A stretch of 64,000 nt of DNA from Yuukianura sp. NJ FZ-2021 (GCA_046563655.1 CM102288.1:5828001-5892000), one strand, 5' to 3'. Shown: positions 12,128 through 25,163, numbered from the stretch's first letter. The notes: a model not told the origin generated them from the sequence alone. Made by a program: numbers and translations.

Positions 12128-13352
12128 ATGTCTGCTTACACTGAACTCAACCAGTATTTGAAACTTGGCCAATATTTTAACATTTGCCCATACAATTTGG
12201 TCCGAATGAAATCAAAACAGTGGGCAATGGAACTTATTCCACACAAAAAACTCAACAAAGTAAAACTGACATTAGTTCGAGTAACTATGTACATCGTGGC
12301 TCAATCATTTCCGTTACAAGCCATAGCAGAATGTAGTCAACCTTTAAACTTTGCCGCTGAAGTTGCATTAGGCGGCTGCGTATACTTTCATATCTACTCG
12401 GAACTACTTTGGAATCGAGACTGCAAAGCAACCGTTACGTTTTTCAACAGATTCCTCAAACTTGAGCACGACATACGTTAGTTACATACTACAAACTATT
12501 TCATATTAAAATATTTGTAATTTTTGACAACACTAATTTCTGTGTTTAATAGGTAAAACGTTTGGTGACAAAATTTGTCGTGAACAGATTGACAACGTTG
12601 TGTACTTCTATGTCCACATTTTCAAGCTAACTTTTTTCCCTGCTTTTGTCTATGTACCAATACTCGTTACTTTAGAGGCAATAGCTGACCTTTTCGGTAT
12701 GGCGTTAATTGTGCGTGTAACTTCAGTTCTAGTTGGAAGCAATATTAGTGCAGTAGTTTTGGCAAGTGTTGTGGTATCCATAGTAACAAATTTTTTTGCG
12801 TTCTGGGGTTTGTTTAGTTTGCTTCGTGTTCCTTTAATTACTGCATACATTCAGCAGTGGCTGAAAATGCTGGCAACACTTCAAGCATCTTGTACAAGTG
12901 ACATACAGCAGAACAACTTTCGTCAATTGTACAGAACAATACAAGTATTTTGGGCAATTTGCAATGAAAAGCAGAAATGGTGGGTTCAACTTGCTTACTG
13001 CATAGACATACTTGTTATCATTTCATTTACATTTGCAATTTTCAAAAGCAATTGGCAAAACCCTGTCATACCACTCATATTCACATTGGTGGATATCTTA
13101 GCATTTACTAGTGGATTTGTCATTTGTCAACAATCTGTAAATCTCAGAAAATATTCTGAGCGTTGCTACACCTTAAGAAACAGTAGGAATTTACCTCGTA
13201 CAAAGTATGAGAGTAGTTTCAGAAAATCGTGTCAACCAATTGTGGCAAGCGTGGGCGAATTTTTTACAATTTCAGAAAGAAATTTCTGTCTCCAAACTTA
13301 CGCAGATGTCGTTCTCAACACTACTGTTAGTCTTTTGTTAACGTTTCGCTGA
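12128..13352 (+). CDS. Gustatory-receptor-like chemoreceptor, copy 2
   Basis: Exons 12128-12476 and 12553-13352; paralog of copy 1 with the same intron position. Confidence 0.75.
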
Positions 13353-13862
13353 GCTAAAAACGTACAAAGTTATCAACAATTAAAATAATTGAGGTTAAAT
13401 TTGAATGAGTATTTCTACAGTACTGCACTCTCCGGAAATTTTCTTTCTTGCGTTTGCTGGAAATTTAGTCACTCTACCATATTTAATACAACCAGTAATT
13501 GAGTTCTAGATCAATTTGTTATATGAATGAATGTAATTTTAATACATTAATTCCTACATCATTAATTTCATTAAACTTATCGTTAATGTGCTGTACTCTG
13601 CATATAGAGCCAGAAAAAATAACACACCAAGAGTTAATTACTGCAACAATCAGTTCAAATGCTCAACACTTACTACATATTAAAGTTCTCAAAGTATTTT
13701 ATCAAATGTGTTTTTAATTAGTTGGCTCCATTAGCTTAATGGGTAGTTTAAATTTAGCGCGTAGCTAAAAATCAAGTGAGGTACTTAAGGAAGGAACAAG
13801 CTCCATTTTTTACCGCTTAAAAAGTTTGGCGCCGCAGTTTGGAAACATAGCTTACCGTCAAC

Positions 13863-15407
13863 ATGAACAACTTGAAGTCAGTTGCGATACTTTTTTTGGC
13901 ATCGCTAATGCTAGTTACCGCTAAAAAAGCTGAAAAAATTCCTAAAAATGGAGCTACGGCTGACGAAGACTACAACTTTTTTGAAAAGTGTTTGAAAAAA
14001 GGCGGTGTAAAATCTGGCAGTATTGTGAGCCGAAGTGATTCAGCGATTTACCAGGATCTGAACTACCAATGGCAAGCAAACGGGGAAAACCTAAGTCCTT
14101 TAGCCTATGTTGTGGTTGACAATGAACAAGACGTTGTCAGTACAGTTCAATGTGCTCGACAATCCAGAATCCGACTAGTGCCGAAAGGTGGCGGACATTC
14201 ACTCGAAAAATTTGGATTTGGAGATTCGCATTCCGTGATTGTAGATGTAAGAAATTTTGAATCGGTGGATATTGACAAAGAAGAGATGGTTGCTACCGTA
14301 GGTGCGGGAATGTTAACAGGCCCGTTGGCATGGAAACTGTTTCAACTTGGCGAAGTTTTCACACCGCTCTCCATTTGTCCAACGATTGGAATTTCTGGAA
14401 TGGCCACTGGCGGTGGGGAGGGCTTTTTTGTCAGAAAATTTGGTCTGACGCTGGACAATATCGTGGAGGTCAACATCGTTACTGCGCAAGGTCAGCTTCT
14501 GACGGTCAACCAAAACCAAAATGCTGACTTGTTCTGGGCACTACGCGGTGGAGTGGCATCAAATTTTGGAATTGTGACGAAATTCAAATTCAAAATTCAC
14601 CCCGCGCCAAAGACAATGTTCATGGGCATTTTGACGTTCGAACGGACGCTTTTACCAGAAGTGTTCAATGCATGGCAACACGTTGTCCAGGCAGCACCAA
14701 ATGACTTGTCCATGGAACTTGGCATAACGAAAAACGAAGTTTTTGTGCAATTCTTGGACTGGACTGGTGAAAGCACCAATTTTGAAAAAATCTTGAACGA
14801 TTTTCCAGAAAAAGGAAGTTCAACCAAAGAGTTTTTGAGTTACGAAGATTTTTTGTTTCGAAACGCAAAAGAATTTTCGGCAGAAATTTTATCTGAAGGA
14901 GTTAAACTCGAAACGGCCTCGGATTTGGCCAAATTAGACAGAAAATCTCCTGGGAAAATTTTTCAGCATCGGAAATCGTTTTACGTGAATAAAAAACTCG
15001 GCGAAGCAGAAATTCGCGAGTTTCAAAAACTGGTTGATGTTATGCCTACGGAAGTGATGATTTACTTTGAAGGTTACGGTGGAGCAGTTGCAGACATTCC
15101 GAAAAATGCGACAGCATTTGTCCACAGAAATGGAACACTTTATAACATTATTGCTAACTACCGTGATCAAGACATTCAAAATTCAACTATCCATGATCAA
15201 ATTTCTGAAAATTTGAAGAAATTTTTTGACACTGGGAAGGAAATTTTTCATCACAAGGAATCTTATCAAAATTATGTGGATTTAGACCTGGAAGAACCAC
15301 TCGAACGCTACTTTGGAACAAATCTTCCACGTCTTGTTCAAATCAAACGGAAGTACGACCCAGACAACTTCTTCTTCAATCCACAATCAATTCCAACAAA
15401 AATTTAA
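13863..15407 (+). CDS. Secreted berberine-bridge-enzyme-like FAD-linked oxidoreductase (FAD_binding_4 + BBE), intronless
   Basis: Signal peptide; KGGGHS flavinylation His; CPTIGISG Cys; DLFWALRGG..NFGIVT; C-terminal YQNYVD...YFGTNLPRLVQIKRKYDPDNFFFNPQSIP. Confidence 0.92.
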   Translation: MNNLKSVAILFLASLMLVTAKKAEKIPKNGATADEDYNFFEKCLKKGGVKSGSIVSRSDSAIYQDLNYQWQANGENLSPLAYVVVDNEQDVVSTVQCARQSRIRLVPKGGGHSLEKFGFGDSHSVIVDVRNFESVDIDKEEMVATVGAGMLTGPLAWKLFQLGEVFTPLSICPTIGISGMATGGGEGFFVRKFGLTLDNIVEVNIVTAQGQLLTVNQNQNADLFWALRGGVASNFGIVTKFKFKIHPAPKTMFMGILTFERTLLPEVFNAWQHVVQAAPNDLSMELGITKNEVFVQFLDWTGESTNFEKILNDFPEKGSSTKEFLSYEDFLFRNAKEFSAEILSEGVKLETASDLAKLDRKSPGKIFQHRKSFYVNKKLGEAEIREFQKLVDVMPTEVMIYFEGYGGAVADIPKNATAFVHRNGTLYNIIANYRDQDIQNSTIHDQISENLKKFFDTGKEIFHHKESYQNYVDLDLEEPLERYFGTNLPRLVQIKRKYDPDNFFFNPQSIPTKI

Positions 15408-16613
15408 TTCGAATAAAATATTCTACGCTACAATGAAGTCAATTTAATACAGCATTTAAATCTTTCATAAAAATTTTTTCACCGTCACTTCATTTCTTGT
15501 ATTTTTACTTTCTGCCAAATGTTTGGATAAAAACGATAGTTTGAAGGGTGTTCAAATTGCATCACAAAAAAAAGCTGATGTTTTGTTGTTTAACACGGGT
15601 TTTAATTTATGCTAAGGTTAATTCTTGCATAAAAACTTCTAATTCTAATTTTTAATAAAAAATTATTTTTTGCATTAGCAGTGACATAGGCAAACCGAAT
15701 TTAGCCACGAATGCTGTAAATAAAAAACAAAATTCAACAGCGAAAGGTTGGGATTAAAAATTTAAGCGTTCTTTTTTTTTTGCTTAAAACCTTTCGAATT
15801 TCTAAAATGCCTTAACTTCGCAGTGATATTTTAAACTGGAATTCTTATGCCGTCGCCGTATTGTAGCACCAACATGAAACGTTAACGAACATTTTTACGA
15901 TACAGAAGCTCGCCCAATCAAAAGATTGTGAAAATATAAGGAGTTTTGTGAGTCACGTTGTTCGAAAAATTTCACCAACTTGTAGCGTGTTGTTGCTCTG
16001 CATTTTAGAATAGGCATTTTCAGTACACTCATTTCAAGTATTTTTTTTTGTTCAAAAGTAAGCGACTCCTTTTTCAGGTTGCTTTATGTAAATAAAAGTC
16101 ACTATTCTTAAAAGCATTGAGACGACCACACCCATAAAAATGAACTGCGGCCTTGAAGTTTGGATAAATTCGAGTTACCAATTTCCTGCTTTTCTAAAAA
16201 GCCTTAAAAAATTTATAAATTTGAGAACGCTCTAGCCATATCGGCTTGAAAATTCTTAAAATTTAATTCCGTTCTTGGCAACCCGGTGAATGTTGATGAC
16301 AATTCTTCACTGTAAATAATTAAATTCAATTAAAGGTGAGTGAGGGTATGTAATGAGGGCATTAAAAAGTGGACACAATGAAAAAAAGTACTGTTTATTT
16401 TTCAGTTGCGGGCGTCTAATTTTAGTGCCTCTCACTTTCCGATTGGAGCCGGAACATTTTCAAGGCGTGTCTCCATTATATCAAGACAAAACATCAGTCA
16501 AAAATCGGAATTCTTTAAAACAACATCGACTAAAACAGAGTACTTCTTTTTCTGAATCTTTACTTCTTTATCTAAATATTATACAAGTAATAATACGTAA
16601 ATACTATATAACG

Positions 16614-18265
16614 ATGTCTGCTTACACTGAACTCAACCAGTATATGAAACTTGGCCAATATTTTAACATTTGCCCATACAATTTGGTCCGTATGAAATCA
16701 AAACAGTGGGTAATGGAACTTATTCCACACAAGAAACTCAAAAAAGTAAAACTAATTGCTTCATTACTTCGAGTAACTATGTACATCTTGGCTCTATCGT
16801 TTCCGTTAATAGCCATAGAAGAACGTAATCAGCCTTTAAACTTTGCCGTTGAAGTTGGCATGTGCGCCTGTATAGGCTTTAATATCTACTCTGACCTTCT
16901 TTGGAATACAAACTACAATGCAGTCATTACGTTTGTCAACAGCTTCCTCAAACTTGAGCACGAAACTCGTAAGTTATATACCACCAGTGTTGGTGGATAT
17001 CCACTTTTTCGGCATTTCATCCACGGCTGGATATCCAGTGGAACAAATGGACGAAATGGATAAATCCAAAGGGGCGGAGCTTTGACCGCGAAGTATGAAT
17101 TAATTAAATACAAAAGGCTTAAACAATTCAAAATACCGTACAAAAACGAACGAAATATCGTTTTTGTAGGAGTCTTAAATAAATAATTACTATTAACGGT
17201 AAAAGAAAATCTTTTTGAAATTATTTTGTAATTTTAAATTTAATTTTTTTTTAATTTTGCGCTAAATTCTTTAGTTCTTCCATCCGCTAAAAGTTTCATC
17301 TATTTCGGGTGCATTTCTTCCAGTGAATATCCAGTGGAAGTGGCAATTAAGCCACTGGACGTTTAAGCATCCACCAACACTGTATACTACAGACTGTTTC
17401 AGAGTAAAATAAAATATTTCTCTACAGTTGAATTTTACAACACTGACTTCTTTGTTTCACAGGCAAAATGTTTGGTGATAAAATTTGTCAGGAACAGATT
17501 GACAACGTTGTATACTTTTATGTCCACCTTTTTAAATTATCGGTTTACCCGTTTTTCCTTTACTTCCTAATGCTCATTACTCTAGCCGCCTTTGCTGACT
17601 TGTTCTTCATGGGCTTGATTGTTCGTGTAATCTCTACTTTAATTGGTAGTAATATTAGCGCCGCAGTTTTGGCAAGCGTAGTCGTAACTATACCAGGAAA
17701 TTTTGTTTTATTCTGGGCTTTATTTAGTATACTTTGTATTCTTTTAATTAGTACATCCGTTCAGCAGTGGCTGAAAATGCTAGTCACACTTCAGGAATCT
17801 TGCACAAGTAAAATACAGCAGAACAACTGTTGTCAGTTGTACAGAAGAATCCAAGTATATCTGACAATTTTCAATGACAAGCAGAAGTGGTGGATTCAAA
17901 TTGGTTATTATGGAAATATTCTTGTTGTCATTTCATTTACAATTGCAATTTTCAAATGCAATTGGCAAGCAAACCCTGTCCTACTACTCATATTCACAGT
18001 CGTGGATATAATAATATCTACATTTGGGTTTGTCGTTTGTCAACAAGCTGTAAATGTTAGAGTATATTCTGAGCGTTACTACACTTTAAAAAACAGTAGG
18101 AATTTACCAAGTACAAACTATGAAAGTAGATTTAGGAAATCGTGTCAACCAATTGTAGTTCACGTTGGCGAATTTTTTACAATTTCAGAAAGAAACTTCT
18201 GTCTCCACACCTACGCAGATTTTGTTCTGTACACTACTGTTGATCTTTTGCTAACGTTTCGCTGA
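16614..18265 (+). CDS. Gustatory-receptor-like chemoreceptor, copy 3 (MITE in intron)
   Basis: Exons 16614-16968 and 17463-18265; paralog of copies 1 and 2. Confidence 0.75.
16985..17382. mobile_element. hAT-type MITE, 398 bp
   Basis: Perfect 14-bp TIR CAGTGTTGGTGGAT; 8-bp TSD TATACCAC/TATACTAC (one mismatch); the paralog introns lack it. Confidence 0.88.
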
Positions 18266-18694
18266 GCTAAAAACGTTAGGAATAAAATTTGTTATGAACC
18301 ATTGAAAGAGTTGAGTTTAAAGTTAAGTTAAGCATTTACTATTAAAATTATTGTAGAACGAAAAAAATCACATTGGAACAAATGTGTGAAATCACAAAAT
18401 TCTTTAAATAGAATTAAGAAGTTAGCAAATAAAATAAATTAGTAGATTAAAGATAATTAATTAAAAAATTGATGTAACATTAGCTCCTTCTCTCCCTCCT
18501 ATGCAATTGGCGTTTTGATGTCCTTGACAAATGAAAAATTCCGACATCAAAATTTTCACTTCCTAAAAATTCCATAGAAATGTAATTAATTCAACTTGCA
18601 AAAATTAGTAGTATCATGTGATGAAAACAACACATTACGAGGCAGCTCCAACTACACGTCGAGTTGCATATTTAATTTAGAAACTAAGTTCTTT

Positions 18695-18961
18695 GGTAGC
18701 ACGCCATTGTATCAATTGAATTGTATCAACTGCCATTGCATCAACTGAATTGTGTCAACTAGAATTGTACCAACTGGTCAATTGTATCAACCTAATTGTG
18801 TCAACGAGTGTAATGCATAATTTAGCTTAGGTTAGGTTAGGTTACGTTGGTTGATACAAGTAGCCGTTGACACAATTGAGCGTTGATACAATTCAAATTG
18901 ACACAATTCAGTTGATGCAATGGCAGTTGATACAATTCAATTGACACAATGGCATGGAACC
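18695..18961. mobile_element. Foldback MITE with repetitive long TIRs and central TTAGG tract
   Basis: Perfect 8-bp TSD AGTTCTTT (18687-18694, 18962-18969); GG termini; arms built of ATTGTRTCAAC repeats; TTAGG-like array 18822-18846. Confidence 0.85.
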
Positions 18962-20447
18962 AGTTCTTTTGCTTGTCTCTTTGTCTAATATTGGATTTAA
19001 ATTAACAAATATGTTAATTAGGAGTAACTGTTGCGTATTTCTTTACTCCTGCTAGCTTCTTGGGCCTATAAAACGACCCAGCCCTGCCTGTACAAACATT
19101 CATCCAACTTCTACTTTGACCTCTGCGAGGTCAAACTGAGCCGCCTTCATTTCCACTTAAACTTCTATATTCTAAATAGTCACTATATACTTAAAACCAT
19201 TTTGACGACCACGCCCATAAAAATAGATTTAGGCCTTGGAATTGGATAAATTCAATTCAACTTACCAATTTCCTGCTTTTCTAAAAAGCCTTAAAAAATA
19301 ATCTCTAGTAAGGTCTGGCCACATTGGCTTGAAAATTCTTAACATTAATTTCCTCACTTGCAGTAAGTAGCAAAACGTGTAGGTTGGTTCTCTCTGCAAA
19401 TAATTAAATTCATTTAGAAGAGATGAGTGAGGTTATATACAGTGACGGCATTAAAAAGTGGACACAACGAAAAAAAAGTACTGCTTATTTTTCAGTTTCT
19501 GGAGGGAAAACTTAATAAAAAAAATTCCTAAAAAAACCTTTTGAACTGAGCTGGAAGAAATTGTGATGAACTAGTTGACAAAATTTGCCCCCATTATTTC
19601 CGAAGGTATGTTTTACCATCCATATCAACAATTTCTAGCTGTAGCAGTAGCTGTTCGTAGCGTTCGATCGGAAGAAAGGTGTCAAATCGGAAAAGTCTTT
19701 AAAAAGAGTTAATAAGTTAGTAAATAAAATAAATTAGTGGAATAAGGAGAATTCAGAAATTGATGTAAAGTTAGTTGCTTCTCTGCATTCTTGTGTAATA
19801 TAGGCATTGATGTCCTTAATAAATGAAAAAAATTTCACATCAAAATTTTTACTTCCTAAAAATTCCCTAGAAATATAATTAATTACTTCAAATTTCCCAA
19901 TTTATTATCATTTACGTATCTTTTTTGTTAGAATATTAGCCACTCCTTTTTCAAGTCGGTCAGTCAATATTCCTAAGACGATTTTTGCGACCACGCCCCA
20001 GAAAAATAGAATTAGGCATTGGAATTTTGATAAACTCAAGTTACCATTACCAATTTCAAGCTTTTCTAAAAATTGAGAAAAAAATTCTAAATTCGAGCAA
20101 ATTCATAGGTTTTAAATTCTTAAAATTAATATCCTCAAAACTTGGTGAAAAAAATTTTCAATTTTTGACCGGAAATAATTAAATTCATTTAGGGGCAATA
20201 CATACAGTGAGGAGGGACAAGAAAAATAAGACACAGGGGAAACTTACTGTTTATTTTTTTAGTTTTGGGATAGAAAACTTAACGACCAATCCCTCAAGAA
20301 AACTTTTTGACGTACCTTGAAATTTAAAACAAATAGGGTGAACAGTCCAAATTCAGAATTCTTTGAAGCGGTTACTGACAAAAACGTGTTTAATCCAAAG
20401 AGTGTGTCCTCTTGAACCCTGATTGCCCAACTGCTATCCAAATAGCA

Positions 20448-21679
20448 ATGTCTGCTTACAGTGAATTGAACCAGTATCTCAAACTGGGCCAATATTTTAA
20501 CATTTGCCCATACAATTTGGTCCGTATGAAATCAAAACAGTGGACAATGGAGCTTGTTCCACTCAAGAAACTCAAAAAAGTAAAAGTAACGTGTATGTTA
20601 CTTCGAATAACTTTGTACATCGTGGCTCAAGCCATTCCGTTACAAGCCATAAGAGAACGTAGTCAGCCTTCACGCCTTGCCGCTGAGGTAGCAATTGCTA
20701 TCATCGTAGGCTTTGCAATCTATGCGGAACTACTTTGGGATACAAACTATAATGAAGTCATGACGTTTATCAAGAGATTCCTCAAACTTCAGCACGACAC
20801 ACGTTAGTTATATACAAAAATCAATTTTAGATTAAAATATTTCGTCAGAATTCAATTTGACTACACTAATTTCTTTGTTTAACAGGTAAAACGTTTGGTG
20901 ATAAAATTTGTCGTGAACGGATTGACAGCCTTGTGTACTTCTATGTCCACATTTTCAAACTAATGTTTTACGCTGCGTTTCTCTTTGTACCAATATTCTT
21001 TTCTTTAGCTGCCATAACACAACTGTTATTTATGGGGTTAATTGTACTTACAATTTCTATTTTAACTGGAAGCAATATTAGCGCAATAGTTTTGACCAGC
21101 GTTGTGCTATCTATCGTAATAGATTTTTTTGCGTTCTGGGGTTTATTTACTTTGCTTTACGCTCCTATAGTGACTACATCCTGTCAACAGTGGCTGAAAA
21201 CAATGGCAACACTTCAAGCATCCGGTGTACAACAGAACAAATTTCGTCAGTTGTACAGAACAATACAAGTATTTTGGGCAATTGTCATGGACAAGCTCAA
21301 GTGGGCGATTCAAATTGGTTACTATGGACAAATACTTCTTACGATTTTATTTACATTTGTAATTTTCAAAAGCAATTGGCAGGAAAACCCTACCATACCA
21401 CTCATATTCATAGCGTGGGATATCATGGCATTTAGCAGTGGGTTTGTCCTTTGTCAGCAAGCTGTAAATCTCAGAATATATTCTGAACGTTGCTACACTT
21501 TGAAAAACAGTAGGAATTTAGCAGTTACAAAGTATGAGCGTCGCTTTAGGAAATCATGCCAACCAATTGTAGTAACCGTTGGCAATTTTTTTACAATTTC
21601 AGAAAGAGACTTCTGTCTCCAAATCTACGCCGATGTTGTTCTGAACACTACTATTGATCTTTTGTTAACGTTTCGCTAA
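20448..21679 (+). CDS. Gustatory-receptor-like chemoreceptor, copy 4
   Basis: Exons 20448-20802 and 20886-21679; paralog of copies 1-3. Confidence 0.75.
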
Positions 21680-22651
21680 GCTAAAAACGTTCAGATTTAT
21701 TAATCAACCATTAAAATAATTGAGTATAAAGTTAAGTTTCTACAGCATTCCACTCTCTTTAACCTTTCTAGGTAGCATTGAACATTAAGTGTTGCACTAA
21801 AAATTTAGCGGAGAAAACTTTTTAAATATAAATAAGTACATCAAATGTATTTAAATGTTAAAAATTTTAAATAAAATTAAGAGAAAACTGATGTTGCGAA
21901 GTTCATAGACAGCAAATTCAAAAAATGACTTGGGCGGACATCTTCTGCTGAAAAGAATCTAAATTATTTAGAGCCCTTATAGTCATTGTCCTAAAAGCTT
22001 CAAATTGGCATTCAAAGTAATGTAATTTTGTTGTAGCTCAATTCGAACATTTTTACCTTGATACTTTGAATTTACAACACAAGTGGGCAGGAAGACATCT
22101 TAACTTATTTATTAGCCTCCTGGCATCCTGTTCAGAAAAAATCGCTTTGAAAAATTTGTTCAGGAAATGGGCGAGGTCAACTTGAAGCTGAAAGTTTGGA
22201 CTCGATAAAGGAGTGGCTTGATTTCCGAAAAGAAGAAGTTTATTTTATTGAAAATAACATAAGATTTAAGTGATTAATTTTTTGGGTTATTCTTATTTTC
22301 AAGTAAGAATTTTGTGGCTAAGCCTAAGAACATGACAGAGTAACTAATGTCAAAAAAATTCTTGTGATTTGCATCTAACTTAAGGAAGTAAGATCAAGCC
22401 AAAATTATAGTAAATCATTAAATTATTTTACTAATGTACTTACCGTTTTAAAAGTTGAGGACTTGATTTTGCGGTTTTTCCTTTTTTTTAAGATAAGAAG
22501 GCTTTTCCAAATTTCAAAAATAGATTTTTTTTCAGGCAAGGTAATCCCAGTCCCTTGGGCTAAATTTTTGAAACATTTTGAAAGCGTAGTACAAAAAGCA
22601 GACTTTCGAAAAAAGTAATAGAGTTTTGGAATTTTGAAAACACGGGTCGCT

Positions 22652-23966
22652 ATGGAAGTTCTTACTGTACACGTGCTACTTCATTCTCTTGTGTCAGTAC
22701 TTCTATTAACTTTAACTCAAGTGTCAAGCAGAGGTCAAGGTCAATGGGGTCAAGGGCAGGGGGGTCACGGACATGGTGCACATCAAGGTCAGTGTTAGAA
22801 TGTTATGTTTTAGCCAAATGGTGGTTGAAGTGAAAATTTAAGTTTGAAATTTCGACGTCCCAGACCATATGAAACGTCAAAATCACTGTCCTAATTTTTT
22901 CCGGTTTATTATTTTTATTCAAAAAGGGAATTATAGTTTTTGATTCCTAGGTAAATTTAACTACCCTCATCACCATTGGCAAAATCAGAATCAGTTTCCG
23001 ACCAATCAGAATCACTTTCCCAACAATCAGAATCACTTTCCCAACAATCAAAATCTCCTTGGAAATTTTGGCATGAACTCTCCACTCTCACTGCCAAATC
23101 TTTTAAACAAAGAATCAGGCGTCGGGGGGCTATGGAATTTCAATCAATTTCCGAATTTTGCCAACAATCAAATACGACCGTGGACTGGATTTCCTGCTTT
23201 CAACAACGGATGGAACACAAGTCCCACCAAACTGGGAGAGACAGTTAGTCCCACTTACGATTCAGCCCCACCAAAACACGATTCAGTCCCACCGACAGAA
23301 CCAAACCATTACGACTCAATACAACCAATGCAGAACACACACGACTCATTCCCACCAACCTATGATTCAGCTCCACCAATGCAACAAAATCATCACGACT
23401 CAATCCCACCAACATATGATTCATCTCCCCAAATTCACGATCTAGCCCCACCAATGCCACCAACCCACAACCAGCATGATTCAGTCCCACCAATGCAACC
23501 AACCCACCACCAGCATGATTCAGCCCCACCAATGCGACCCACCCAAGATCCACTCTCTGTAGATGTGAAATTACCAGATTTTGATGTTCCTGCAGAAGTG
23601 GAGACGCCTCACAATGTAGTTGTGCCACCACAAGTGAATACGGCAACGAACGGCCCCACCACACCACTGGAGCCACCAAAACCAAAACAGGATGAAAATG
23701 GCGGGAAAACAGTTCCAGATAACCGAACTCCAATTGCTTCAGGTGAGATTGAATTTCCGCGGGAACTTATGAAAATTCAAAAAAAAATGTTGACTAATTT
23801 CGAAAATTAGTATTAATTGGGTTAAATTAATTTAGAAGCGTCTGTGGATGATGCCGACTACGATGAGCTGCTTTCATCTCTCTCGGAAGGAAACCAAGGT
23901 CAGAGTGACGCTACTGACTCCACTCATGCGCAGATCGACATCGACGCAAGATTCAATTTCAACTGA
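22652..23966 (+). CDS. Secreted low-complexity protein (Gly/Gln/His, QNQNHFP and HDSxPP repeats)
   Basis: Exons ~22652-22787, 22951-23742, ~23838-23966; signal peptide; tandem peptide repeats; ends ...QIDIDARFNFN*. Confidence 0.7.
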
Positions 23967-25163
23967 CCTCTGACCTTCAACTTCTCCAATTTACATTCAC
24001 AATTACACGTAACTGATGAATCAAATGCACAAACAATTATACTTTTTGTAAGTGATTAAGCATTGCTTCGAATGAAATCTTTGATGAAAACTTCGGATGA
24101 AAAGTTTTGAGATGAATCGGTGAGAAACGGAGATGAATTTTTTTTTCTTTTTTTAATTTTTGAATAAAAGAATGCGAAGTGATGAATCACGGCAGGTGGA
24201 TTCTGTGTGTTGTTGCTATTTCAATTAACCACAAACAATACAATTACAAGGCATATTCAAATCACATCAACACTTTACAAATTTAACCTAAACAAAGTCA
24301 AAACGCAAACGAAAGGAAATTTTTTTAATTTCGAAAAAAATGAAATCTTTGTAAACGATTAAAAGTCAGTTTAGTTACGAGTGGCCAAAACAAATTCCTT
24401 TAAAAACAATTATATTTTGTAAAAATTCCTTTAAACTCTAAAAAAATTCTTTTTGTTTTCGCATAACTTTTTAAAATTGGGGGATGATGGAGTCAATTCG
24501 TTAACAAAAGTCATTTGATGATGAGTTATTTTCGCAGCCCGTTGGAGCGGAAGTCGGTGTTGAGGAAGTGTTCCGGTGGATCGCTTCCTGGTCCCTCCAC
24601 TCTTCAAGTCGTCAACTGCCTAATTCCCACCGAAACGACCTCATTTCCATCCCTCCGCTTCCCAGATGCCTCTCAATTTACAAAAGTCAACGGAAATCAT
24701 CACAAACACTAATCACCCACATACTTTAAACTAAATTGAATTCAATTTAGTTAATAGTTTGAATTCCGAGGTCAACTCATGTCATCACATGACGTAACAA
24801 TTTCATCTGATTCAAAATAGTAGTAACCAACTAAAAAAAACATCAACTGAAATCGTAAACTTCAAAAAAAAAACTATGAAATTGTCGTGGATGGGTGATG
24901 ATTGAGGTATATTTTGGATCTCATTTGATCTCCGAAAAAGAGGAGGAAACCGCATCATCATCTGTCTATGCTCATCCCTCGCAATTCAAAATTCAGTTGC
25001 TCATCAATCCGCTTCCGACGCTCAGTCATAAACTTCGGATAAAAATTTTCTTGACCAATAGCAGCCCAGCAAACGGTCTGACCAATAGCATCTCAGCATT
25101 TGCAACTACAGCAAAGTCATTCTAACGAATAGTCGCCAAGAGTTTGTTTTCATCATCCTTAAC

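Noticed and set aside
16353..16613. N-terminal extension of GR copy 3 in the ORF track
   Set aside because: Derived from a MITE remnant and upstream sequence; paralogs start at the MSAY methionine (16614).
21900..22240. Possible degraded coding fragment
   Set aside because: Multiple stops and no recognisable homology.
23158..23733. Alternative-frame and antisense ORFs over the Pro-rich gene
   Set aside because: Shadow ORFs caused by the repeats.
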